A DNA stretch of 64,000 nucleotides from Acidobacteriaceae bacterium (lineage in GTDB: Bacteria; Acidobacteriota; Terriglobia; Terriglobales; Acidobacteriaceae). Below, one piece after another: positions 11,101 through 20,442 of the stretch. Numbering within the stretch: the first letter of the stretch is position 1; each line of letters begins with the position of its first letter. The notes under the pieces are model-generated. The model was not told where the DNA came from. It searched no databases and saw only the letters and a list, made by a program, of their open reading frames with translations. The position numbers and the translations under genes were made by a program. The stretch is taken from assembly GCA_003171315.1 (NCBI GenBank), contig PMYE01000174.1:7367-71366 (forward strand), written 5' to 3'.

Positions 11101-11113
11101 CAGACTTGTTCAT
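8102..11113 (-). CDS. ileS: isoleucine--tRNA ligase
   Basis: 1003 aa with HLGHALNK (HIGH-type), MSKSLGN (KMSKS-type) and a C-terminal CNRCWRY...CTRCQ zinc finger. The exact start could be the second Met (MSPAPELK). Confidence 0.95.
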   Translation of the reverse strand: MNKSASQNGVPMSPAPELKATLTLPQTAFAMKANLPQNEPLRLARWTSLGLYEKLRKAGRGRPVYLLHDGPPYANGPIHLGHALNKGLKDFVVKSKTMAGFDAPYVPGYDCHGLPIEIKVDEKLGHKKLEMPVPAVLEACRAYAQKYVGLQTEQFERIGCFGRWETPYKTMARGYEARTLEAFYGFLEKGFVYRGLKPVYWCIHDRTALAEAEVEYENHTSPSIYVRYRLTSDPAAIAPALAGRQVSTIVWTTTPWTLPASLAVAFHPDFDYVALEAESGEVYLVAAALAEQVAAACRLGHTKQLARFKGALLERLTFQHPFLERSILGVLGDYVTADTGTGAVHTAPAHGADDFYTGQRYSLDPTCRVDAGGHIHVDPAAWHLAQPPAFDGLNVWKANPIIVAMLEERGALLGGGQLEHSYPHCWRCHHPVIFRATEQWFISLETPVKRADGSETTFRQVAIEEIDKVIWDPAWGKERITNMIATRPDWCISRQRIWGVPIAVFLCEGCNLPIVDAALNRGIVDLFEREGAEAWHTTPLEVLLPAAAACAHCGGTAFRKETDILDVWFDSGVSWLAVCESDPDLSQAYSLFQKGEGREVPEVLYLEGGDQHRGWFHSSLLTSVALRGRAPYSHVATAGWTLDEQGRAMSKSLGNGVDPIDIANRMGGEIVRLWVASVDFREDTAASENLMQRCAELYKKLRNTFRFLLGNLHGFVPARDRVPEAELLPLDRYMLARTRDLTEKILAWYEAFEFHRVYQAVNEFAIVDLSAFYLDVLKDRMYTFAPTSTARRSAQTVLWQVTEALVRLVAPILTFTADEIWEHLPAVEGREASVHLALFPKPEEIFSGDPAPILAEWQKLFALRDEVFRAIEDWRKEGSVGKGLEASVTIVASGDFTQFLRSISKDRMQEFLNVSSVFVGDLYADSGELRNLLGDQAYDLIKSTFANRSFRAFASRAIGTKCNRCWRYTHDTANYGIWQNVCTRCQSALCEMGIAPPQPEAEK

Positions 11114-11353
11114 GGATCAGTGTAAATGGCCGAGAGAGATTTTTTCCGGTAACAAACCGAATGGAGTAAGCGTCTATTGTCTATGGAAGTGTTGAAGCTG
11201 GCGGGATATGAAACCGCGGAGGGCCAGGCCGTACCTGCATCCAGTTGTGGAGCCGAGACAAATGCGGGCGCGGTCAAGCATAATGGACCTATAGGCCTGT
11301 TTATGGGCCTGCCTGCGTCCCAACGCCCAGCAACAACCGGACCATCAGAACTT

Positions 11354-12361
11354 ATGACAAACGATCTCTCGATACCGGCTGAAATGGGCTCCCAGGGAGC
11401 TGCGGCGGCGATGGATGGCCACGAGCTGGATGCGTTCCTTGGACGGGCATTCGAGGAGAAGCCCATTTGGCGGGGCCTCTGGGAAAGCATCCGGGACGTG
11501 TTTTTCCCGGTCAAGCTGCCCCCTTTGGAGCTGACCTCGCAGCCGATTCCAGTGCCCGACCGGATGGCCGTGAAGCCGAACCCGTGGGCTATCGGGCTCT
11601 CGACGACCTTGAATATTTCCGTCTTGCTGCTGGCGATCTGGCTGGGCATTCACATGGTCCACAAAATCGTGAATGAGCCGCTGCAGGCGATGAATATCGA
11701 TGTGGGGGAATACCAGGGGCCGAACGCTAAGGTGAAGGCTGGAGGGGGCGGTGGCGGCGGCGACCGCAGCCCCATCGAAGCGAACAAAGGCAAGCTGCCC
11801 GAGAGAATCAAGGATCCGATTACTCCTCCACAACCGCAGACGCTTGAGAAGCCCCTGCTGCCTGAGCCTGCGGCCATCAACGTGCAAAAGAACATTCAAC
11901 TGCCCGATAACAATATGCCGATGATCGGGATGCACGAGTCAACCAATGTGACGTTGGCCTCGGCCGGAACGGGCTCGGGCGCAGGCATGGGAACAGGCAG
12001 CGGCGGCGGGCTGGGCTCGGGCCAGGGCAATGGATACGGGCCCGGCTACGGCGGCAATGTGGGCGGAGGGTTGTATAGGATCGGCGGCGGGATCTCGGCG
12101 CCAGTGGTCATCCACAGCGTGGAAGCGGAGTTCTCCGACGAGGCTCGGCGCGCCAAGTATCAGGGCGTTTGCCTGATTTCGCTCATTGTCGATGCGCAGG
12201 GCAACCCGCAGAATATTCGCGTGGTACGCGCGCTGGGCATGGGGTTGGATGAAAAGGCGATTGAAGCGATCCGGCAATACAAATTCAAGCCGGCGATGAA
12301 GGACGGCAAGACGCCGGTGCCGGTGATGATTACCATCGAGGTAGACTTCCGGCTCTATTGA
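11354..12361 (+). CDS. energy transducer TonB family protein
   Basis: Single TM helix, Gly/Pro-rich linker and a TonB C-terminal domain (PVVIHSVEAEFSDEARRAKYQGV...KFKPAMKDGKTPVPV). The start is ambiguous: ATG at 11354 versus the ORF-track start at 11177. Confidence 0.8.
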   Translation: MTNDLSIPAEMGSQGAAAAMDGHELDAFLGRAFEEKPIWRGLWESIRDVFFPVKLPPLELTSQPIPVPDRMAVKPNPWAIGLSTTLNISVLLLAIWLGIHMVHKIVNEPLQAMNIDVGEYQGPNAKVKAGGGGGGGDRSPIEANKGKLPERIKDPITPPQPQTLEKPLLPEPAAINVQKNIQLPDNNMPMIGMHESTNVTLASAGTGSGAGMGTGSGGGLGSGQGNGYGPGYGGNVGGGLYRIGGGISAPVVIHSVEAEFSDEARRAKYQGVCLISLIVDAQGNPQNIRVVRALGMGLDEKAIEAIRQYKFKPAMKDGKTPVPVMITIEVDFRLY

Positions 12362-12405
12362 GACTTGAACGTAGATTAGGGCCTGCATCTGTTGGCGAGG
12401 CAGGG

Positions 12406-12435
12406 AAGCGGAGCGCGAATCGCTCCGCTTTTCTT
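12406..12435 (+). terminator. rho-independent terminator after the TonB-family gene
   Basis: 10-bp stem AAGCGGAGCG / CGCTCCGCTT with loop CGAAT, followed by TTTTCTT. Confidence 0.65.
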
Positions 12436-12530
12436 GTGGTTCCCATTGACGGCGGATTCCCGGCGTACAGCGGCGTCTGAAGCGGCTCTTCCGCGCTCTC
12501 CCTGAACTTGCCGGATCCGCTGGCCGCTCT

Positions 12531-13307
12531 TCAAATCTCTCTCTTCTTGTAATCGCCGCGGCTGAGGTGCTTTTCCAGCCACAGATAGAGACAGATGAAG
12601 AGATACCGGCTGCCCATCTCCTGGATCTTCAGCTTGGCCACGCCCGCCCTGCGGTTGCGCCAGGTAATCGGGATCGTGGTCCAGGAGTAGCCGCGGATAA
12701 TCGTCTTGAGCGGCAGTTCTACAGTGAGATTGAAGTGTGCCGAGAGCATGGGCTTGCAGCCCTTGATCACGGTGCGCCGGTAAGCCTTGAATGCGTTGGT
12801 GGTGTCGTTGAGCGAAATTCCGAAGAGCATACGGATGAAGAAATTCGCCAGCCGGTTCAGCCGCAGCTTGAACCAGGGATAATCGATCACTCCGCCGCCT
12901 TTCATAAAGCGGGACCCGAAGACCGCGTCCCATCCCTCATTCAGCTTCTTCCAGTAACGAACCACATCGCGGCAATCGTCCGACTCATCGGCCATCATCA
13001 CCACTGCGGCGTCGCCGTGGAAATGCGTAAGTCCGGCAGCGATGGCGCGTCCAAAGCCATGCGGAGGTCCTTGGGAAAGCAGGCGCGCCTCCGGGATGCG
13101 CTGACTCAACCGGGTCACGATCTCCACGGTGCGGTCTGTGCTTCCGTCGTCAACCACGACGATCTCGTGCGGAATGTTGTTCAGCCGCAGCTCCACGTGC
13201 AGATGTTCGACGGTAGACGCTATGCAGCCCTCTTCATCCCGTGCGGGGATCACCACTGAGAGCAGCTTCAGCTCTTCTCCCGCGGCCGACGGCGCAGGAC
13301 TCTTCAT
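12531..13307 (-). CDS. glycosyltransferase family 2 (polyprenol-phosphate sugar synthase-like)
   Basis: LSVVIPARDEE...VVVDDGSTDRT GT2 signature plus a C-terminal TM segment. ATG at 13307 forms an ATGA overlap with the upstream epimerase stop. Confidence 0.85.
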   Translation of the reverse strand: MKSPAPSAAGEELKLLSVVIPARDEEGCIASTVEHLHVELRLNNIPHEIVVVDDGSTDRTVEIVTRLSQRIPEARLLSQGPPHGFGRAIAAGLTHFHGDAAVVMMADESDDCRDVVRYWKKLNEGWDAVFGSRFMKGGGVIDYPWFKLRLNRLANFFIRMLFGISLNDTTNAFKAYRRTVIKGCKPMLSAHFNLTVELPLKTIIRGYSWTTIPITWRNRRAGVAKLKIQEMGSRYLFICLYLWLEKHLSRGDYKKREI

Positions 13308-14365
13308 GCGCCGCACCTTTCCAGCCAGTCGGGATGTTCGGCAACATGCACGGCGATCTCCTCGAGAATCGCGTGGATTTCTATGCTGGGCCGCCAATCG
13401 AAACTGTTCGCCGCAAGCGTCGCATCCAGAATCAGCCAGGGAACATCGTAAGGCCGGTCGGAACCGTCAGCCAGGGGCGCATTGGGGCCGAAGCGATCGT
13501 CGCACCAGGCCGTAAGCTGGGCCAGCGACATCGAGTTCTGTTGCCCGCCGGAGACATTTTGCAGGCCGCCCCGGCCGGGGTTGCGGAGTTGCATATCCAC
13601 CAGGCGCGCCAGGTCCCGCGGGTGCAAAGCGTCCCTCACCTGGTACCCATGACCTCCGAAGCCGAGATACTTCAACGTTCGCCGCGCCGCGTGCGCGTGC
13701 AGCCAATAGGAGAAGATGCCCTGCTCCGCGGTGCCGAACTGGCCGGCTCCTGCCAGCACGCCGCAGCGATTGATCCAGACCGGTACCCCAAATCCTGCGG
13801 CATACTCCTGCGCCAGACACTCCGAAGCCAGCTTCGTTGCCCCATACAAGGAGATAGGAGCCGCAGTGCTGAAAGCTTCGGTAACGCCGGCCGCACTGAC
13901 GTCTGCCGGCCACGGCCGTGCCGGATCCAATGTGAACATGGAGGAAACCGGCGCCAACGGCAACTGTCCCAGCACGGCAATGGAATACACGCGGCTGGTG
14001 CTGAGCAAGATGAAGCCTGCCCGCAAGCTCCTGCAGTACTCGAGCAGATTGATGGTGCCCAATAAGTTATGTTCCAGCAACTGGCGCGCACTCGTTTTGC
14101 CGTCGCGGCCCGCCAGAACGCTGGGCTGAGCTGCCGCATCGATCACCCAGTCCACGGCCGGAAGCGCCTCTACATCGCTGGCCATACGCAGATCGCCGTG
14201 CACCAGTTGCACGCCAAGCCGCTTCAGCGCCAGCCGGTTGGTTTCGCTGCCCTGGCGCGCCAGGTTGTCCAGCCCCACGATCTCGATCCCCTCGTGAGAC
14301 TCCAGAAGGCAGCGAACAAGATGGCTGCCCGCAAGCCCGCATACGCCTGAAACTAAAACCTTCAT
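13304..14365 (-). CDS. NAD-dependent epimerase/dehydratase (CDP-paratose 2-epimerase-like SDR)
   Basis: MKVLVSGVCGLAGSHL Rossmann start at the internal ATG at 14365. Extended-SDR layout. Confidence 0.85.
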   Translation of the reverse strand: MKVLVSGVCGLAGSHLVRCLLESHEGIEIVGLDNLARQGSETNRLALKRLGVQLVHGDLRMASDVEALPAVDWVIDAAAQPSVLAGRDGKTSARQLLEHNLLGTINLLEYCRSLRAGFILLSTSRVYSIAVLGQLPLAPVSSMFTLDPARPWPADVSAAGVTEAFSTAAPISLYGATKLASECLAQEYAAGFGVPVWINRCGVLAGAGQFGTAEQGIFSYWLHAHAARRTLKYLGFGGHGYQVRDALHPRDLARLVDMQLRNPGRGGLQNVSGGQQNSMSLAQLTAWCDDRFGPNAPLADGSDRPYDVPWLILDATLAANSFDWRPSIEIHAILEEIAVHVAEHPDWLERCGA

Positions 14366-14613
14366 GCGAACGTTATTTCGCCTCTTGCACTTTCCCTGTT
14401 CCGGCCTCCGCATTGTCGTCGCCCCAAGCCACGACAACGGCGCCGGGTTCAGCGTCCGGGACCCCCGTGGGCCGCGAAGCACGCGCCATGGCGCGCCGCG
14501 GGTTCTCCTCAGTATCGCAAACAGAGGCGCGCCGCAAAAACAAATTTAACTGTCCCGGTTGCAGGATAATCCTTCTCTCGCGTCAAAGCAGGGCCGAACG
14601 GCCGTATTCCTTC

Positions 14614-15768
14614 TCAACCGATCCGCTCGCCGATGGCTTGCATGGCGCTTGCGGTCGCCACCGTCCAGTTCAATCTGGTCTTGTACTCTTCAAGTGCGGA
14701 GTTTCCAAGCTGGCGGTAGAAATCCGGCGCGCTCATGGCGCGGAGAACCAATTCGCAATATTCCTCGGCCTCCGCCCTTTGATCCTGAATAGGCACCATA
14801 AATCCATTCTTTCCCTCACTGATCACAGTGGGAATCCCGCCAACGTTCGAAGCGAGAACGGGAACACCGAACGAATTCGCCTCGGCGAAGACAATTCCGT
14901 AACACTCGGCTCGGGAGGGAAGAATGAGGAAGTGGCTATTCGCGAGGAGATCCTTCACCCGATCCATACCGGCCGGGGTTCGCTTGTCAACGAACCCGAT
15001 GATTTTCACACACTCCGGAAGAGCCATGCCGGAAGGCGGCGTGCACCCGGCAATCGTCAAAGTCGTAGGCATCCCCCTGCGGTTAAGCTCCCGTGCCACA
15101 TCCACCGCGACGGCGCAGCCCTTGCGGACCCAGTCCACGCCCAGCAGCAGCAGCTCGCAGCGATCTCCGGGCCGGTTCGCGATCCTCCGCGCAACGTCAA
15201 CCTCGCTGGCATCGCCGCAAAGATTCGCTCCCATCGGTACTACGCGAACCTTATTGGGATCGGCGCCATGACAGTCGATTGCCGTTCGCGCGGCCCACTC
15301 GGAGGCATACAAGGCAAGCGTGCACCGCTCGAATGCAGCCTGTTCTGCCGCGTCGCCTTCGGCTATCGCCTGAGCACTTACGTGGAAATACCCTGGGTAG
15401 AAATCGAGGAGCCCGCGAAAGGTCGAGTCCGTCCAGATCGCAATTGGAATATCCGTGTCGAGATAGGCCACAGGAAGCGTGCTGGGGCAGACAATGACAT
15501 CCGGGCGCATTCTCTTGGCGATCTCCGCAATCTGGCGGGCGTAATGCGCCAGACGCTTTTTATGCCGGAAGGAGGAGTAATTCTCGTGCAGAACTCGAGT
15601 CCGAAACAGATCCCGGCCGCGAAGGTAGACGCTTCTGGCGCCGCGCAAATTTTGTATTCTGACGACATCCGCTCCATTGCGGGCGAAGCCCCCTGACATG
15701 AAAAATGGAATTCCCGACCATTCTTTGACATCGTCAGACGCGCCAATCGTCAAATAGGCGATCTTCAT
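14614..15768 (-). CDS. glycosyltransferase family 4 (GT-B, GT1/GT4 type)
   Basis: C-terminal ...LPSRAECYGIVFAEANSFGVPVLASNVGGIP... is typical of retaining GT4 enzymes. The start is taken at MKIAYLT (15768). Confidence 0.85.
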   Translation of the reverse strand: MKIAYLTIGASDDVKEWSGIPFFMSGGFARNGADVVRIQNLRGARSVYLRGRDLFRTRVLHENYSSFRHKKRLAHYARQIAEIAKRMRPDVIVCPSTLPVAYLDTDIPIAIWTDSTFRGLLDFYPGYFHVSAQAIAEGDAAEQAAFERCTLALYASEWAARTAIDCHGADPNKVRVVPMGANLCGDASEVDVARRIANRPGDRCELLLLGVDWVRKGCAVAVDVARELNRRGMPTTLTIAGCTPPSGMALPECVKIIGFVDKRTPAGMDRVKDLLANSHFLILPSRAECYGIVFAEANSFGVPVLASNVGGIPTVISEGKNGFMVPIQDQRAEAEEYCELVLRAMSAPDFYRQLGNSALEEYKTRLNWTVATASAMQAIGERIG

Positions 15769-15923
15769 GCTGACATGATATAGGCATCGCTTTGCGCCTA
15801 GGCGGTACTCAAGAAAATTCAATCCTGTCCGGACCTCCGGACACGAGTACCCAATCGCTCAGCGGCAATCCGGCGATTATTGGCCTGCGGCCCCCTTGTA
15901 GATATCGCAATCGTCACATACCG

Positions 15924-17078
15924 CTATTGCGCATCCGACGCTGCTTCCATGGTTTCGCGTGGCCTGACGGCCATGCGGTGCAGCAGCCATTTGCGGGTCG
16001 GCGTCTCGAGGAAGTAAAAACTCAACACGCTGAGGCCAATGCAACTGCAAAGGTAAAAGGGATACCAGATCCGAACCTTCTCGAAACCAAATATCCAATA
16101 GAAGTACCACCAGACGGGCCCATGGATCAGGTAGAGGCCATAACTCGCCTCACCCAGAACCACCAGCCAGGGAAGGCTGAACAGGCGGGCGATCAGCGAA
16201 TCGGCAAAGGAAAGCGACCAAATGATGCAGGCAAATACAGGGGCCAGCAAGCCATCGTAGACCAATAGGATCGGGATGTGTGTCCCCACGTTAGCAACCA
16301 CAAGGACGTATCCGAGTAAAGCAACCAGCAAAACGCCGTATTGATGCAGATTGGGCGCCGGCGTCCCTTGCGGGCGCTCGCGTACCTCCTGCTGCCAGCG
16401 GGCCAAGAGGATTCCCAGCAGGAACGTGGGAACATGGAGGGGCGGAAAGACACCCGCAGAAAACTCGTCGAGGCGCCCGCCGGCCGCTCCCGCAACCGCA
16501 AGTCCGGCGGCATAGATGGCCAACGCCGCCAGCCACAGCTTCTTCCCGCGTAGCTTCCATAAAGCAGGCCCGGCGAAGGGAAACAGCAGGTAAAACAGGG
16601 CCTCGACGGAAAGTGACCAATTGGCGCCACAGATCATGCGGAAATGAGGCGCCCACGCCTGCAGCATCGACAGATCGAACAAGAATGTCCACCCGGTCAG
16701 GAGAACTGCTTTCTTCAGACCGTAAACCGGAATGCGCCACAAAATGACGTCGGGAGTATCCAATACCAGCGTGGCAAAGAAGAGCGGATAGATGCGCGCG
16801 AAACGCGCCGCCCAAAAATTGCGCCGGTTCACCGGCTGCCCATGACGCAGGTAGACGACAGACAAAATGTAGCCGCTAAGGAAAAAGAAGAAACTGACGG
16901 AGACAGACCAGGTGGACAACCATCGCTGGCCAAGAGCGCCGGGAGGGAACCCCGGGAGCGCAACCGGAAACGAATGGAAGAGCACAACCATCAACGCCGC
17001 AAAGAATCGCACCGAAGTCAGCGGATGGATCCTTGCAGCTTGTATCTTCGAGGCTGCGGCCAAGCCGTGCTCCTTCAC
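15924..17078 (-). CDS. acyltransferase family 3 membrane protein (O-acyltransferase)
   Basis: About 10 TM segments. N-terminal RIHPLTSVRFFAALMVVLFH is typical of acyltransferase_3 proteins. Confidence 0.8.
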   Translation of the reverse strand: MKEHGLAAASKIQAARIHPLTSVRFFAALMVVLFHSFPVALPGFPPGALGQRWLSTWSVSVSFFFFLSGYILSVVYLRHGQPVNRRNFWAARFARIYPLFFATLVLDTPDVILWRIPVYGLKKAVLLTGWTFLFDLSMLQAWAPHFRMICGANWSLSVEALFYLLFPFAGPALWKLRGKKLWLAALAIYAAGLAVAGAAGGRLDEFSAGVFPPLHVPTFLLGILLARWQQEVRERPQGTPAPNLHQYGVLLVALLGYVLVVANVGTHIPILLVYDGLLAPVFACIIWSLSFADSLIARLFSLPWLVVLGEASYGLYLIHGPVWWYFYWIFGFEKVRIWYPFYLCSCIGLSVLSFYFLETPTRKWLLHRMAVRPRETMEAASDAQ

Positions 17079-17632
17079 CTTCGATCCCTGGCCGAAGGTT
17101 CTTTCGCTTTCTATATCGTTCCGTCCGCCAACTTATTCCCAGTGACTTTATCGGGAAATTGAACTCCCGCCTTGCCGCTGGAGCCGAGGGAAACACAGGG
17201 CATCGCAGGTCCGTACGGCGTTATACAGAAGAACAGCCGGGCACGTCCGCACTCCATGTGCTGTATCTTCAGGGTCACCGTTCCGGCTGCTCTTCCGCCA
17301 CCACGCCGAAATCGTTGAGCTTGTGGATGAAGGTTTTGACGTTGCGGCGCTCCTTCGGCCCGTCCGTCGTCGCGGCGGAAGTGACTCGGCGACGGCGATG
17401 GCGCGGCCATAGCGCCATGCGCCATCACCCGCCCGCTTTTTCATCTTCTCATGGCTCGCCAGACCGGGCTTCAGCGCCATTGCGCCGTGGCATTGCCATC
17501 CTCAAGAGACGCCTTCGAAGGCGCCGTTCGGGAATCTGCCGGGAGGGTGTGCGGAATCGGGCGAACCCTCCGTTGCCCGCACAAAGCGAAAGCGGCGCAA
17601 TGGCCGCTCGAAAAGATCGGTTGAGAAAGGAA

Positions 17633-17709
17633 TGGTGCGCCCGGAGAGATTCGAACTCCCGGCCTACTGATTCGTAGTCAGTCGCTCTATCCAGCTGAGC
17701 TACGGGCGC
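17633..17709 (-). tRNA. tRNA-Arg (anticodon ACG), CCA encoded
   Basis: The reverse complement reads GCGCCCGTAGCTCAGCTGGATAGAGCGACTGACTACGAATCAGTAGGCCGGGAGTTCGAATCTCTCCGGGCGCACCA. It folds by hand into a cloverleaf with a 7-bp acceptor stem, GCTC/GAGC D stem, ACTGA/TCAGT anticodon stem, loop CTACGAA, and a GTTCGAATC T loop. Confidence 0.95.
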
Positions 17710-17794
17710 ACTCACGCGGGCTTCAGAACGAGGCCCAGCAGACGAACCTTACCCAGAGTATCAAGGTTTCAAGCATCGGCGCAACGCGGGCGGC

Positions 17795-18058
17795 TCAGAA
17801 TTTTGGCGTGGCTGTTACCGGTTCGGCCGAAGGAGTCATAGGGGTTTCTGCGGCGATTTCCAGCCCGGTCTCGCGAACCAGCTTGGTGACATCGGCGGCG
17901 TTCAGGCGCGTGGCGTCGAACTCGACACGGAGGGTATGAGCCGCGCGATCGAAACTGAGGCGCCGGATGCCGTAAACGTCGCGAGCGCGAGCCAGCGCCA
18001 ATGCGGCCTGCTCCGTGGGCGGCGCGCCGTAGCGATAGACAATCTCGACCGAAGTCAT
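17795..18058 (-). CDS. hypothetical small protein (87 aa)
   Basis: Clean ORF with protein-like composition (MTSVEIVYRYGAPP...RLSFDRAAHTLRVEFDATRLNAADVTKLVRETGLEI). No family recognised. Confidence 0.45.
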   Translation of the reverse strand: MTSVEIVYRYGAPPTEQAALALARARDVYGIRRLSFDRAAHTLRVEFDATRLNAADVTKLVRETGLEIAAETPMTPSAEPVTATPKF

Positions 18059-18100
18059 GAGTACAGGATAGCAAGGCGCAGGCGCGCCGAATCTTCGTCC

Positions 18101-18592
18101 TCAAAGGCTCTTGAGATAGGCAACGATCTCCGGGCTGGTCCAGTCTTGCGGGCCGACGAACTTGCTGCGGATGATGCCCTTGCGGTCGATCAGATAGGTT
18201 TCCGGCCACATCTCCGTGTGGTAGAGCTTGGCGGCCGACTGGCTGGGGTCGCGGACGGTGATCAGGTCCACGCGATGTTGCGCGATAAAGTTTGAGTAGG
18301 CCTCGGGATCGTCATCAATGCTGACAGCGAGGATGACGAGATTGGGCTGTTCGTGGTGGAGCGCGAGAAGCGAAGGAAGTTCGGCCACACAAGGCATACA
18401 CCAGCTTGCCCAGAAGTTAAGCAGGACAACGTGGCCGCGGTAGTCGGCGAGGTGGACCGTGGATGTGCCGTCAGAAACCGTGAAATCGGGGGCAACCTTG
18501 CCGGTTTGGGCGGGATGCGAGCCGCGGTTGCACGCAGACAGCGGAACCAGAGCCAGAAGGAGGGACAGAATGAGGCAACGAGGGAACCGCAC
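18101..18592 (-). CDS. TlpA-family thiol:disulfide oxidoreductase (redoxin), lipoprotein
   Basis: Thioredoxin-fold motif NFWASWCMPCVAELP (CxxC) and a lipobox-like LVPLSAC. The start is uncertain. GTG at 18592 sits directly after AAGGAG, and the 244-aa ATG ORF would overlap the divergent GT2 gene. Confidence 0.8.
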   Translation of the reverse strand: MRFPRCLILSLLLALVPLSACNRGSHPAQTGKVAPDFTVSDGTSTVHLADYRGHVVLLNFWASWCMPCVAELPSLLALHHEQPNLVILAVSIDDDPEAYSNFIAQHRVDLITVRDPSQSAAKLYHTEMWPETYLIDRKGIIRSKFVGPQDWTSPEIVAYLKSL

Positions 18593-18641
18593 CTCCTTAT
18601 AATACGGAGCGAAAGGGCGGGAAGTGAAACGGTGAGGCGCG

Positions 18642-19838
18642 ATGAGCAAGAATGAGCCGGAGCAGGACAGAGATGGCGGTTGGAAACCGGTGCTGGGCCT
18701 TGCCGAACCGGCTGAGGCTCTATCTCCGGCGGCGGATTGGCGAGACTGGGCCGGCAAGACCGTACCAGGAACCGTCTTTGACCAGCCGGAACCGGAGGAA
18801 TTGATGGACCTGACAGTGATCGTCCCGGCGCGCAATGAGGAGGCGTGCCTGGGCGATTGCCTGCAGTCGCTGGTCAGCCAGTCGGAGGAGATCTTCGAAC
18901 TGGGCCGCGACTGGGAGTTGGTCGTGGTGGACGATCACTCCACCGACCGTACCGCCGAGATCGCGCGCGGCTTTCCTGGCGTCACGCTGCTCGAGGCGGA
19001 CAAGCTGGAGCCGGGCTGGACAGGCAAGGCCAACGCCGTGTGGACGGCGGCGCGGCGCGCGCGGGGCCGCTGGCTGCTGTTTACCGACGCGGATACGGTC
19101 CACGAGCCGGGCAATTTGCGCCGGGCGATGCACGAGGCCGAGCGGCACAAAGTGGGTATGTTGAGCTATTCGCCGCGGCAAATCGTACATGGGCTGGCAC
19201 AGCGCTCGCTCATGCCTCTGGTATTTTGCGAGCTGGCGCAGGCCTATCCGCCGGCCAAGGTCTCGGACCCCGCGCAGCGGATCGCGGCCGCCAATGGGCA
19301 ATTCCTGCTGGTGGAGCGCGAGGCCTACCGGCGGCTGGGTGGGCATCCGAGTGTGGCCGGCAAAGTGCTGGAGGATGTGGAACTGGCTTTTCTGGCCAAG
19401 AGGCGCAAAGTGGGCCTGCGCTTCCGCTACGCGGATGATGCTGTTTCCGCGCGCATGTACCGCAGCACGACGGCAATGATGGAGGGCTGGACCAAGAACC
19501 TGAGGCTCCTCTTCAACAACGCGCTCCTGCTGGCGGTCTTCAGGGCACTGGATATTGCATTGCTCTTCGGTCTGCCCATCCTGGCCTACGAGCTCTGGAA
19601 CGCGCGGCTGGGCGCGCACGGACTGGAGTGGCTGGGGGCGGGTTGGATTCTGGCGTTGCTCTGGCTGCGGACGCTGTTCCGCTTCTATTCGCGGGTAGCG
19701 AAGTCGAACTTTCCTTTCCGGGATTGCGCGCTTGCGCCTCTGGGACTGCCTCTGTTTGTGGCGCTGCTCTATCGCAGCTGGTTTCAGCACCGCATCCTGA
19801 AGCGCGTAAGCTGGAAGGGGAGGGAATACGCGGCCTGA
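18642..19838 (+). CDS. glycosyltransferase family 2 with C-terminal membrane domain
   Basis: LTVIVPARNEE...VVVDDHSTDRT...FTDADTVH GT2 catalytic signature, followed by several TM helices. Confidence 0.85.
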   Translation: MSKNEPEQDRDGGWKPVLGLAEPAEALSPAADWRDWAGKTVPGTVFDQPEPEELMDLTVIVPARNEEACLGDCLQSLVSQSEEIFELGRDWELVVVDDHSTDRTAEIARGFPGVTLLEADKLEPGWTGKANAVWTAARRARGRWLLFTDADTVHEPGNLRRAMHEAERHKVGMLSYSPRQIVHGLAQRSLMPLVFCELAQAYPPAKVSDPAQRIAAANGQFLLVEREAYRRLGGHPSVAGKVLEDVELAFLAKRRKVGLRFRYADDAVSARMYRSTTAMMEGWTKNLRLLFNNALLLAVFRALDIALLFGLPILAYELWNARLGAHGLEWLGAGWILALLWLRTLFRFYSRVAKSNFPFRDCALAPLGLPLFVALLYRSWFQHRILKRVSWKGREYAA

Positions 19839-19980
19839 GGAAACCAGGACCGAAAGCCTGGCGCCGGTTTTTGAGCAGGTCACGAATAACCCGAAGATTT
19901 TTCGATCAGGCGTTACTTTCTCTCGATTGCGTGAAGCCCGGAAGCAGACTGCGGCATCTTTTTTTAAGTGAGGGATCGAA

Positions 19981-20442
19981 ATGGTCTTCCTGACGCGGCG
20001 GGCGGTGTTTTCCGCATCGCACTATTACTGGAACGAGTCCTGGACCGCGGAGAAGAACCGGCAGGTCTTCGGCTGCTGCGCGAATCAGAACGGGCACGGG
20101 CACAATTACACGCTGGAGGTGACGGTTGCGGGAGAGCCGGACCCGGTGACCGGCTTCGTCGTCGATCTCAAGTGGCTCAAGGACGTGATGGAGCGGGAGG
20201 TTCTGGCAGCCTACGATCACAAGCACCTGAACCTGGACGCGCCGGAGTTTGCCCGCGCGATTCCGACCACGGAGAACATCGCCATCGCCGCATGGAAGCG
20301 GCTGGAACCGGCGATTCCAGCGGCGGGAGGCGCGCGGCTGAGCCGGATTCGCGTGTACGAAACGCCGGAGATTTTTGCGGAGTACCGGGGTCCCCACGAA
20401 CAGGTCTTCGTTCGTGGGGTGAAAGACAGGGGTGAGGCGTGA
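19981..20442 (+). CDS. 6-pyruvoyl-tetrahydropterin / 6-carboxytetrahydropterin synthase family protein (PTPS/QueD), copy 1
   Basis: FSASHYY...CCANQNGHGHNY (Cys-x5-HGH spacing) and DHKHLNLD motifs. Confidence 0.9.
   Translation: MVFLTRRAVFSASHYYWNESWTAEKNRQVFGCCANQNGHGHNYTLEVTVAGEPDPVTGFVVDLKWLKDVMEREVLAAYDHKHLNLDAPEFARAIPTTENIAIAAWKRLEPAIPAAGGARLSRIRVYETPEIFAEYRGPHEQVFVRGVKDRGEA

Noticed and set aside
14413-15696. 427-aa plus-strand ORF (similarly 18720-19883 minus)
   Set aside because: These are antisense to the GT4 and GT2 genes respectively, both of which carry clear glycosyltransferase signatures.
17033-17677. 214-aa plus-strand ORF
   Set aside because: It runs through the tRNA-Arg gene and the gene-free region, is Arg/Ser-rich, and has no motif. 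It is spurious.
19839-19980. preQ1 or THF-type riboswitch upstream of the PTPS-PTPS-folE cluster
   Set aside because: Only a generic hairpin (CCAGG...CCTGG followed by a T-run) just after the GT2 gene was seen, which is more likely a terminator. I cannot match any riboswitch consensus from memory.
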